DNA from: an uncultured virus (IMG/VR IMGVR_UViG_2523533505_000001)
Taxonomy: Duplodnaviria; Heunggongvirae; Uroviricota; Caudoviricetes
IMG/VR virus record: IMGVR_UViG_2523533505_000001
Coordinates: 1 to 64,000 of that record
DNA length: 64,000 bases
Direction: 5' to 3' (one strand)
This document shows, one piece after another, positions 57,101 through 64,000 of the stretch; positions within the stretch are counted from its first letter, which is position 1; every line of letters begins with the position of its first letter. Position numbers and translations under genes: made by a program. The notes below the pieces were generated by a model. The model was not told where the DNA came from and made no database searches. It saw nothing but the letters and a program-made list of their open reading frames with translations.

Positions 57101-58881
57101 TCCGGCGGGGCGCCGCGGGCGCTGTCGGCGAGCCGGTCGATGCCGATCGCGGCGATCGCGAGGACGCCCAGGCCGACGGCGGCCTTCTGCGTGCGGGTCA
57201 TGCTGGCGGCGGTGGCGCGCAGGGTGGTGCCGACGCCGGCGGCGCGCATGACGGCGAAGTAGGCGGCCAGCCGGGCAACCGCGCCTGCTGATGCGGCCGA
57301 GCCGACCAGGCCGATGCCGAGGGAGAGCAGTTTCAGGGCGGCATAGGCCTGGATGAAGGTGGACAGGGCTTCGTCGGGGATGGCGTTGATCAGGTCGGCG
57401 ACGTTGTCGACGGCGCCGAGGACGGACACGCCCATGTCGGAGGCGGCGACCAGCAGGTGCAGGCAGGCGCGGGCGATGCTGCTGAGGGTGTCGGCGACTT
57501 CGGGTCCGACCTCGTGCGCGAAGTCGAAGAACTCCTCCACGTCGCTGTTGATGGCGCCGGTGTCCATCGCCTGGGTGAAGCTGACCAGGCCACTGGTCAT
57601 GCGGGCGAGCGCCCCGGAGGCGGTGTCGTCCAGCTTGTCGACGAACCGGTCGAAGCCGGGGGTCTGCATGCCGCCGGCGGCGACGTCGAGGAGGTGTTCG
57701 AGTTCGTCCGACATGCCGCGGACCATCGGGCTGGCCTTGGGCAGCGCGGCGGTGAACAGCTGCAGGCTCTTGGTGACGACGGGCATGGTGTCGCCGGACA
57801 GTTCGTCGGACCAGTCCCGGTACTCCTCCTTCAGAACCCCGAGTGCCGCGGCGGCCTCCCGGGTTGCGGGAGTCATCTGATCCAGGATCTGCTGCTGGGC
57901 GAGTTGGGCCTTGGCCGCTTCCTGCGATCCGCGGCCGTGCTCGCGGACTGCTTCGTCGTACTTCTTCTGCGCGTCGGCCGCCTCGGCGAGCTGTGCGACC
58001 TGGGAAGCGATCGCCAGGCCGTAGGCGATCGTCCCGGCGCCGGCGGCGCCCAGTCCGGCGGCGATGGGGGCGAGGGACGCGCCGATCGGGATGAGCGCGG
58101 TGGCCAGGCCGACGGCGGCCATCATCAGCCTGCGGGTGCCGCCGGAGGACCGGTTGGCTGCCTGGTTCAGGGTGCCGATGTTGCCGCGCAATCCTCCCAG
58201 GCGGCCGGAGACGCGGGTGACGGACCCGTCGAGGTCGTCCATGTCGCTGCGCAGGGTCCGGGTGCGGGTGGACAGGCTGCTCAGGCGGCCGTCCAGGCTT
58301 TGCGAGCGGCGGTCCAGGCCGCGTAGGGCGGTGTTGCTGCGGCGGGCGCTGTCGGTGAGGTCGTCGAGTTGCCGGGCGGTGATGCGGGCGCGGGCGGCCA
58401 GGGAGAGCAGGGCCCGCGCGGTGTCCTGTGCGGCGTCGCGTACAGCGTTCAGCGCGGCCGCGGTGGCGGCGGAGCGGCGGGCGATGTTGCCGTCGTCCAG
58501 GTTGATGCGGACCCGGATGTTGCGGTCGACGCGCTGCAGCTGACGGGCAACACGCTCGGCCTGGTCGGCGAGGCGGCGCAGGTCCCGGGCGGTGGTGCGG
58601 GACTGGCCGGACATACGGCCCAGTTGGGCCCGTGTGGTGGTGGCGGTGCGGCCGAGCTGGCTGATGGAGCGCTGTGTGGTCTGCGCCCCGGCGTTGTTGG
58701 CGTTGATCCGTACGTTCAGGTCGATACGGCGGGCGGCTTCCGCGCGCAGGGAGCGGATCTCGCGGCGTACGGCGGCGATGTCGCGGGTCAGGGCGCGCGC
58801 GGACTGGGCGTCCTGGCGCAGGGTGCGGCCGAGTGAGGAGCCGCGCGCGTCGAGCCGTACGGACAGATTCCACTGCGACAC
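54190..58881 (-). CDS. tape measure protein (1563 aa)
   Basis: Longest Ala-rich helical ORF with TM segments, after the chaperones. Confidence 0.93.
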   Translation of the reverse strand: MSQWNLSVRLDARGSSLGRTLRQDAQSARALTRDIAAVRREIRSLRAEAARRIDLNVRINANNAGAQTTQRSISQLGRTATTTRAQLGRMSGQSRTTARDLRRLADQAERVARQLQRVDRNIRVRINLDDGNIARRSAATAAALNAVRDAAQDTARALLSLAARARITARQLDDLTDSARRSNTALRGLDRRSQSLDGRLSSLSTRTRTLRSDMDDLDGSVTRVSGRLGGLRGNIGTLNQAANRSSGGTRRLMMAAVGLATALIPIGASLAPIAAGLGAAGAGTIAYGLAIASQVAQLAEAADAQKKYDEAVREHGRGSQEAAKAQLAQQQILDQMTPATREAAAALGVLKEEYRDWSDELSGDTMPVVTKSLQLFTAALPKASPMVRGMSDELEHLLDVAAGGMQTPGFDRFVDKLDDTASGALARMTSGLVSFTQAMDTGAINSDVEEFFDFAHEVGPEVADTLSSIARACLHLLVAASDMGVSVLGAVDNVADLINAIPDEALSTFIQAYAALKLLSLGIGLVGSAASAGAVARLAAYFAVMRAAGVGTTLRATAASMTRTQKAAVGLGVLAIAAIGIDRLADSARGAPPDVDRLTTSLKNLSRTGEFTGELKKTFGSVDGLVKKFKQLEQSTKDQEEYVDSFGKHGVGALDDLRRSAYELFDDFRSGEDSLGAMEDDFKSLDEALATMASSGYADQAAADFKRIKEALQEAGYSTKEINDVFSGYTDVVAAMKAEQDLAVQGMGVFGQQAIATKGKLDAQKASADALRQSIVALNDVNRAAGSAMSAFEQSIDDATKAAKDHASVLKMRDGELDLGSDKARDAEKVLSALAANTDAAATAAREQGKSWKYVNGIYDEGRDTFIKAADDMGLTREQAELLADSYLKIPDKKSTLLEMRTEDAVAGLDAVIRKIEDTPNAKSVKVDALTSDAVALLESLGFTVTELPDGQFEVTADTGSAKGKLDSLKETRDGIDDKTIVLDAVTLDAIEGLNSVIQKIKETPGAKSVTVKTLSAAAIQALEDVGYKVTHLKDGSVTVTALTGTALSNIGAVQGARDALSDKSITITTRHVTINETVNQTSSSLADALRKQAKNARNNVDGGVFDYYADGGIQRGGVRHFASGSENHVAQIARGGSWRVWAEDETQGEGYVPFARSKRVRSRAITEEIVRRLGGDPAAIDWNADGGVTDWRYDPQTGSLYSSSDAGSAGRKTKKVKIKGKVKEIEYFDVGAVEKKLKSASKATQAWNKDLERVADRVGGDVAEALAAMGEDGVKLADKMAKGSTKYINQMAKALRDLQKTAKASLTDYTRQLDKANKLDKDFAANLAKLAGQGYGDLASQLAEQNDQAAMDLAAAAVKDKGKASKANKAAKTANNALTADQVSQLVAVIAAITTSKTGIHDVAAKTGLGEDDIIDVATKATGQIKTALGSRAGRFLADLAKAQKGMAYENGGIRAGMYATQAGIIRFAEPSTHGEAYVPFAPSKRGAATAVLSNVASRFGLGLTDAGAGRVVVIREQGPLVGSQVYNVTSGGSAEETARKVEDRSGYQLRRLARGGVGARS

Positions 58882-58902
58882 GGTCTCCTCCTTCCGGGGT
58901 GG

Positions 58903-59286
58903 CTAGTGGTGCTCGTGCTGGGTTCGGGCGACGGCGAGGGCGGCGTGGACGCTGGTGGGGATGAGCAGGACTTTCACGCCGTGCCCTTCGTCGGTGGTGG
59001 GTACGGTCTTTTGCCGGTCGGTGAGGATCTGGCAGCCGATGCAGCGGTGCGTGATCGCGGTGTAGGCGTCCTCGTCTCCTCCGGCAGAGGGGTCCCACTC
59101 GTCCGGGCGGGTTCCGCAGCCGGGGCAGACGGTGCGCTGGTGCGCGGCGTAGGCGAGGGCCTTGCGCCGGTCGAGACTGGTCCAGGTGCCGTCGCCGTGG
59201 CCGCGGAACAGGCTGTGGGGGATGCCCCAGCGGTCGCACAGTTCCATCTCGGCACGAAAGGAGGCATCCTCGATCAGCCTTTTCCC
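58903..59286 (-). CDS. tail assembly chaperone, -1 frameshift extension
   Basis: Open -1 frame continuing from the G GGA AAA slippery site. Confidence 0.75.
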   Translation of the reverse strand, partial: GKRLIEDASFRAEMELCDRWGIPHSLFRGHGDGTWTSLDRRKALAYAAHQRTVCPGCGTRPDEWDPSAGGDEDAYTAITHRCIGCQILTDRQKTVPTTDEGHGVKVLLIPTSVHAALAVARTQHEHH

Positions 59287-59807
59287 AGGTCCGACCGGCC
59301 TCGGTGCTGGATTCCGTAGGCGGCCTTCCACAGGTCGCGGAAGTCGCCTGCGGACCAATCGGTCATGCAGGAGGTGGCGTACTCCAGCGGCATGCCGTCC
59401 AGGGAGGCGGCGGCGATCACGGCGGGCGCGAAGTCGTCCATGTGGAACTCCTCGCCGTTGGCCTCTTCCTCCTCGGTGGCGGGGTGCTCGCGCTCCAGGG
59501 CGACCAGCTGCTTACGCGGGATGGCCCTGAACCGCAGGGTGACCGCGCGCTCGTCGTGCGCCGCCTGCGCGGCCGCGAGTTCGGTGCGGGCGCGCTCCAC
59601 TCGGTGCTCCTCGGCCGTGGTGTCGGCGGCCTCGTCGCCGGCCGCCTTCAGACGTGCCTCGGCGTTGGCGAGTTCGGCCTTGGCCTGCCCGAGCCGGATG
59701 CGGAGCTTCTCGTCGTCGCAGATGGTGAAGGTGGAGGTGGCGGGCTTGAGGCTGTCCAGCCTGCGCTGGAGTTCGTCCCAGGCCGGGGCGGGGCTGGTGC
59801 TGGTCAT
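59274..59807 (-). CDS. tail assembly chaperone
   Basis: Between major tail and tape measure genes; ends DLGKG. Confidence 0.85.
   Translation of the reverse strand: MTSTSPAPAWDELQRRLDSLKPATSTFTICDDEKLRIRLGQAKAELANAEARLKAAGDEAADTTAEEHRVERARTELAAAQAAHDERAVTLRFRAIPRKQLVALEREHPATEEEEANGEEFHMDDFAPAVIAAASLDGMPLEYATSCMTDWSAGDFRDLWKAAYGIQHRGRSDLGKG
59280..59286 (-). other. programmed -1 frameshift slippery site GGGAAAA
   Basis: CTG GGA AAA GGC TGA at the end of the chaperone gene. Confidence 0.85.
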
Positions 59808-59910
59808 GTGCGGTCCTTGGGGTGGGAAGGCCCGGCCGGGCGCCAGAGCGCCCTTCCCGAAGCGGTGGGCCCGGCCGGGGGCATGGGGGAGACGGACAGG
59901 GGGCGGTCCG

Positions 59911-60384
59911 TCAGGTCATCGCGGGCACGGTCTGGTTGAACACCGGCCGGTCCGTGATGACGAACTGCACGGTGATCTTCGCGGCCTCGTTGTCTGCCGT
60001 GTAGGCCTTGGAGTTGGAGGCGACCTTGACCGGGAACACGTCGAGGCCCTTCCCGGCGGCGATGTCGCCCTTGGAGAAGATCGCGATGAAGCCGGAGGTT
60101 CCCTTGGCGAGGTCCGTCTCGATGTCGTCGGCGAGCGAGTCCTCGTAGAAGGTCAGGGAGCTGTCCGCGGCACTGTCGTCGCCGTCGATCTTCGAGACGA
60201 ACGTGGAGCCCATGTCGGGGGTCTCGATGGGCTGATTCTCCAGCGACCAGCCGTCGATCGCGCTGATGCTGTCGGTCAGGTCCGTGCCACCGGTGATCTC
60301 CGCGCGGGTCGGCAGCAGCGCGGTGGAGGCGACGGTCGGCAGGAACATGATGCGGGTGAGGGTTTTCCGGTTGAACCTCGGCAT
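59911..60384 (-). CDS. major tail protein
   Basis: PTRAEITGGTDLT...IETPDMGSTFVSKIDG; AAAAGGGG RBS. Confidence 0.85.
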   Translation of the reverse strand: MPRFNRKTLTRIMFLPTVASTALLPTRAEITGGTDLTDSISAIDGWSLENQPIETPDMGSTFVSKIDGDDSAADSSLTFYEDSLADDIETDLAKGTSGFIAIFSKGDIAAGKGLDVFPVKVASNSKAYTADNEAAKITVQFVITDRPVFNQTVPAMT

Positions 60385-60526
60385 GGTGGCCCCTTTTGGC
60401 GGATAGGGGCCGATCGTGGGGGCCCCTGCTACACGTGGTGGTGTGGCGGACACCTGATGGGGGTGTCGTCCGCGTGGGGTCCCGCCGCGGTGCGGTACAT
60501 CTGCCGCCCAGTTTCGGGCGGTTGGC

Positions 60527-60997
60527 CTACGCCTGGGCTTCCTCCAGGTGCAGCCGGTAACGGATCACACTGGTGATGATTGCATCGTTCGCGTCGGGTG
60601 TTCCCCCGGCCTCCCTCGCCTCCCGGTACCAGCAGTGCACTCCGGGGATGGTCAGCGGGTGCAGATAGCCGGGGCCCCCGTTGGGTGTCCGTTCGACGAC
60701 CTTGCGTCCCTTGTCGGCCAGCCACTGTGCCTGTTCGTCCGTGCCGCGGCTGTCTGGCTTGCCTGGGGTGGGCCCGGACACGAACGTGGCCTGGTAGGTG
60801 GCGATGGCGGCCGTGTTGTTGTCGGCGAGGGTGCCGTCATCGTCGTCCTGGTCGAGCGGGTACAGCAGCGTGTACGGCGGCGGGTAGGGCTGGCCGGTGT
60901 CCGGGTTGATGGGCACGGTGCGCAGGCCCACCGGTTTCCCGGTGAGGGTGGCGAGCAGGCTCTGCAGGGCGGCGGTGACGGGCCTTCGGTCGATCAT
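60527..60997 (-). CDS. tail terminator
   Basis: PPPYTLLYPL; position. Confidence 0.7.
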   Translation of the reverse strand: MIDRRPVTAALQSLLATLTGKPVGLRTVPINPDTGQPYPPPYTLLYPLDQDDDDGTLADNNTAAIATYQATFVSGPTPGKPDSRGTDEQAQWLADKGRKVVERTPNGGPGYLHPLTIPGVHCWYREAREAGGTPDANDAIITSVIRYRLHLEEAQA

Positions 60998-61392
60998 CAC
61001 GGGCCCCCGAAGATGCGTTCCACGGCATCGCCGAATGCGCGCTTGTACTCGGGTGACATCTCGTTGACGGCGGGCTCCACGTGCGGCCGAGGCTTCTGGA
61101 AGAAGTGCCGGCCGAGGCTGTCGGTCATGTCGTAGAAGCCGTACTCCAGGCGGCGGCCCTGGGGCCGGTCGGTGCCGACTTCCGCGCCCCCGCCGTCCGG
61201 GACGGGAAACGGTTCGGCCTTCCAGGACCCGCGGTAGTCGCCGGTGATGACGTTCGGGCCCGGCCGGCCGGAGGCGTTCTCCATGATGAGCGCGCGCAGG
61301 AGCCGAGCCTGCTGCTGCACCGTCCGGTCCAGCTCCGGGCCGACACGGGCCGCGCACCGTTCCAGGCGGGGTGCGAGGTCCTCCAGGTCCAT
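60997..61392 (-). CDS. HK97 gp10-like neck protein
   Basis: TGDYRGSW, LEYG, PRPHVEPA. Confidence 0.8.
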   Translation of the reverse strand: MDLEDLAPRLERCAARVGPELDRTVQQQARLLRALIMENASGRPGPNVITGDYRGSWKAEPFPVPDGGGAEVGTDRPQGRRLEYGFYDMTDSLGRHFFQKPRPHVEPAVNEMSPEYKRAFGDAVERIFGGP

Positions 61393-61832
61393 CACGGCAC
61401 CTCCCGGGTCTGCTGGACCTGGTCCAGGGCGGTGATACGGACGACGGACAGGGTGCCGGCGCCTCCGGGGTCCTGGGACCGCCACTGCCGCCCGAGTAGC
61501 GCCATGTCGCCGCCGCCGTGGATCGCGACGACGGAGACCAGCTGGTCCTTCTCCATGACCGGCGCTTCGAGGGGGGTGAGGAGCCGGTACTTGGAGCGGG
61601 TCTCGGCCGCCCACGGCAGGTTCGCTCCCGGGATGGCGACGACCTCGGCGGCCGTTCCGGCGGTCTGGACGGCCCCGCGGCCCTCGTAGAGGGTCTCGGC
61701 CTCCGGCCACACGTACTCCCCTGTGGTGTCGTTGAAAACCGGGGGTCCGGGCGCCGGGGCCGTGATGCGGACGGTGTCCCACGGGATGAGGTCCTCGACG
61801 ACCTTCGTGATCCCGGACAGGTCGAGCGCCAT
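61392..61832 (-). CDS. head-tail adaptor (DUF6093-like)
   Basis: DTVRIT...FNDTTGEY...LYEGRGAVQ. Confidence 0.75.
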   Translation of the reverse strand: MALDLSGITKVVEDLIPWDTVRITAPAPGPPVFNDTTGEYVWPEAETLYEGRGAVQTAGTAAEVVAIPGANLPWAAETRSKYRLLTPLEAPVMEKDQLVSVVAIHGGGDMALLGRQWRSQDPGGAGTLSVVRITALDQVQQTREVP

Positions 61833-62224
61833 CAGGGGCCGCCCTTCCCGCCGCGCGCCCACTCGGCGAGCACGGCGAGCATGGCGCGCGCGGTCGCGCC
61901 GGGGCCGCCGCCGTAGTCGGACCGGTTCAGAGACTCCTGGTCGAGGAGGACGGGATCGACCTCGGCGAGGAACGCGGCGATGAGATCGCCGGGGCTTTTC
62001 GGGATGCCGACAGCGACCTGGGCGAGGCCTTCGAAGACGGCGCCGTCGGGCTGCCGGGTGTGAAGGATCAGCAGGGGCAGCGAGTCGGCAATGGAGTGCT
62101 CGAGGACGTACCCGGTGACGGCGCCGGGCGGCAGGGCGTTGCCGTCGAGGGTGATGGCGGCGTGGCCGGGCTGCGCGTCGATTCGCACGCCGCGCGCCTG
62201 CGGCTGTTCGGGGCGGTCACTCAT
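61832..62224 (-). CDS. hypothetical protein
   Basis: Operonic overlap; GC3 bias. Confidence 0.7.
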   Translation of the reverse strand: MSDRPEQPQARGVRIDAQPGHAAITLDGNALPPGAVTGYVLEHSIADSLPLLILHTRQPDGAVFEGLAQVAVGIPKSPGDLIAAFLAEVDPVLLDQESLNRSDYGGGPGATARAMLAVLAEWARGGKGGP

Positions 62225-62576
62225 CGTCTTCGTCCTCTGCTGGGGCGGCCTCGAGGGCTGGCCCGGTATCGGTCGGGAAGGGAACTTGCAGGGGAACGGT
62301 GCGCTGGAACATGACGGCGTCGCCGGTGATGAAGTTGCGCTCCTTGGCTCCGTCGGGTCGCACGTAGAACTCGTGGAAGACGATCAGGTCGATGAGCCAG
62401 GGCAGGCCACCGTTGATGACGCCGTTGGGCAGGGCGAGGACGTAGATGGGGCGGTTGGCGACGACCTTGTTCGGGTCGATGCCGTTGGCCTCCAGCCAGG
62501 CGTTGATGCGTAGGCGCTGCTCGCCGGTTTGGACGCCGTGGCCGGGGTGCACGGTCTGTGCGTCGGGGGTGGTCAC
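62217..62576 (-). CDS. hypothetical protein
   Basis: GGAG RBS; GTGA coupling. Confidence 0.65.
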   Translation of the reverse strand: MTTPDAQTVHPGHGVQTGEQRLRINAWLEANGIDPNKVVANRPIYVLALPNGVINGGLPWLIDLIVFHEFYVRPDGAKERNFITGDAVMFQRTVPLQVPFPTDTGPALEAAPAEDEDDE

Positions 62577-63406
62577 AGGGCGGCTCCGGAGAGGATGTTG
62601 GTCCGCCCGGCGAGGTCGAGGCGGGGCAGGAACTCGCGGATGCAGTGCGGGTGCGCGGTGGGGTGGGCGAGGGCGTCCTGCACGGTGCGCAGGGTCCGGT
62701 TGGCGCGGTCGGTGTCGTCGTGGGAGGCCCATCCGCAGTCGGCGCCGTCGCGGACCTCGACGTAGCTGACGTCGAGGTCGTCGAGGGCGGTTCGGCAGGC
62801 TGCGGTGTTCGCGGTGGTGACGGCCTGCCAGGTGATCGCGGCGCGGGCCCAGGCGTCGACGGGGTGGTGGGCGTTGTTGGCGTAGACGACGGTGTCGAGG
62901 GGGTGTTGGCGCAGGAGGCGGGCGGTGTCGAAGCGGGCTGCGGTGGTGCGGGCGGCGTCCTGGGCGGCGCGCAGGAAGACGCGGGCGCGGCGGATGGCTT
63001 CCTGGATGCGGGCGGTCAGGTCGGCGTAGTACTGCGCGGACGTCCCGGTGATCGCTGCTTGGTGGCGGGGGGTCCAGGTGAACAGGTCGATGCTGCGGCC
63101 TGCGTTGTCGATCATCGTCCAGGCGCCCTCGCGGTAGATGAGGGGCAGGTCGGTTGCGGCCCAGCGTTCGGCGAACGCCATCGCGGCGCGGGTGAAGGCG
63201 GCCAGGGAGGTGTTGAACGCGGCCACGGCGGCGCGTACGCGGGCGGTGGAGCCGCGGCCGGGCCGGATCAGGGCGAGCGCGTTCAGGAGCCGGGTCTGGG
63301 CGTTGGTGAGGATGAACCAGGCGCGGGAGAGGCGGGCGACGGCGTCGGTGATGTAGGCGAGGAGGCGTGCGCGCAGGGTCCGGCCGCGCCGTACGGGGGT
63401 GGTCAT
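62573..63406 (-). CDS. phage minor capsid / MuF-like protein
   Basis: VEVRDGADCG...HPTAHPHCIREF C-terminus. Confidence 0.7.
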   Translation of the reverse strand: MTTPVRRGRTLRARLLAYITDAVARLSRAWFILTNAQTRLLNALALIRPGRGSTARVRAAVAAFNTSLAAFTRAAMAFAERWAATDLPLIYREGAWTMIDNAGRSIDLFTWTPRHQAAITGTSAQYYADLTARIQEAIRRARVFLRAAQDAARTTAARFDTARLLRQHPLDTVVYANNAHHPVDAWARAAITWQAVTTANTAACRTALDDLDVSYVEVRDGADCGWASHDDTDRANRTLRTVQDALAHPTAHPHCIREFLPRLDLAGRTNILSGAAL

Positions 63407-63735
63407 CGGCGCCTGCGTTCGACGAGCTGGAACGTTCCGAGGACGGTGACGTCGTCTCCGGTGGTGGGGGTTTCGTCGGGGGCCGGGGAGCCGCCGGCTT
63501 CGAGGGCGGCGATCTGCCGCTCGTAGGCCTTGATGTTCTCGGTGAAGGAGACGGAGACGACGCTGGAGACGTTGACGGTGGCGGCCTGGGCGCGGAGGTT
63601 GGCGAGGCGCTCGTTGAGGACCTCGAGGGCGACCTTGCGGGCGGTGCCGAGCCGCGCGTAGCGGGCGGTCAGGTCGGCGAGGGGCGTGGCGGTGCCGAGT
63701 TGGGAGAGCAGCCAGGCCTGTACGGCGGTGTCCAC
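63403..63735 (-). CDS. head-tail connector-like protein
   Basis: GGAGG RBS; size and position. Confidence 0.6.
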   Translation of the reverse strand: MDTAVQAWLLSQLGTATPLADLTARYARLGTARKVALEVLNERLANLRAQAATVNVSSVVSVSFTENIKAYERQIAALEAGGSPAPDETPTTGDDVTVLGTFQLVERRRR

Positions 63736-63822
63736 GGGTGTCCTCCAGGGGGCGGTAGAGGGGGTGTGCGGGTGCGGGCCCGCCGGTTGGCGCCCCCACC
63801 ACAGGGGCGGGCCCGCACCCGC

Positions 63823-64000
63823 TTATTCGCCGCCGGTGTCGGCGGCGTTCCGGCCCCGGGACCGGCTGGTGGCCGCCGTCTTCTTGGCGGCGGTCTTCTT
63901 GGCCGCGGGCGCGGCCTGGTCGTCCAGGGCGGGCTGTTCAGGCCCGTCGGGGGTGGAGGCGGCGCCAGAGTCGCCGTCCGGGCCGCCGCCGGGCCCCTGA
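63823..64000 (-). CDS. 3' end of a low-complexity protein (partial)
   Basis: Own translation ...AAPAAKKTAAKKTAATSRSRGRNAADTGGE*. Confidence 0.55.
   Translation of the reverse strand, partial: QGPGGGPDGDSGAASTPDGPEQPALDDQAAPAAKKTAAKKTAATSRSRGRNAADTGGE

Larger units (their letters stand above)
1..64000. mobile_element. Actinobacterial (Streptomyces-like) phage-plasmid / plasmid prophage, partial
   Basis: Siphovirus tail and lysis operon co-occur with ParA, Rep, DciA and a Cre-like resolvase; no host housekeeping genes; dense ATGA/GTGA-coupled small ORFs. Confidence 0.85.

Noticed and set aside
1..64000. tRNA, rRNA, CRISPR array, transposase, reverse transcriptase/DGR, telomere
   Set aside because: None recognised by eye; tRNAscan and Infernal were not run, so small RNAs could be missed.

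Overview
Very GC-rich, Streptomyces-like DNA. The whole window looks like an internal part of a large siphovirus-type phage-plasmid (plasmid prophage). It has a plasmid maintenance module: HTH Rep with two internal DnaA boxes, a DciA/DUF721 gene, ParA plus partner, and a Cre-like tyrosine recombinase. A long, mostly leftward early/accessory region carries three DNA methyltransferases, two WhiB-like proteins, RusA, DUF5131, NERD, a Sak4-like ATPase, WYL, ParB-like and PIN proteins. A leftward late operon (43.6-64 kb) encodes head-tail, tail, tape measure, lysis and collagen-fibre genes; capsid, portal and terminase lie beyond the window. The most notable unexplained signals are: (1) a secreted 67-aa pro-peptide with a duplicated DTAWG core, divergent from a TrmB-like/LuxR-HTH regulator, a candidate non-RRNPP arbitrium-like signalling system; (2) four hairpins upstream of rep that all carry a (C/A)GCCAA hexaloop, a candidate antisense copy-number control; (3) three sigma70-type promoters sharing an identical GCAATGGAGTATGG spacer, a candidate repressor regulon. 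All protein calls come from motifs recognised by eye; no database searches were run, and many start codons were re-chosen from RBS and gene-overlap evidence.
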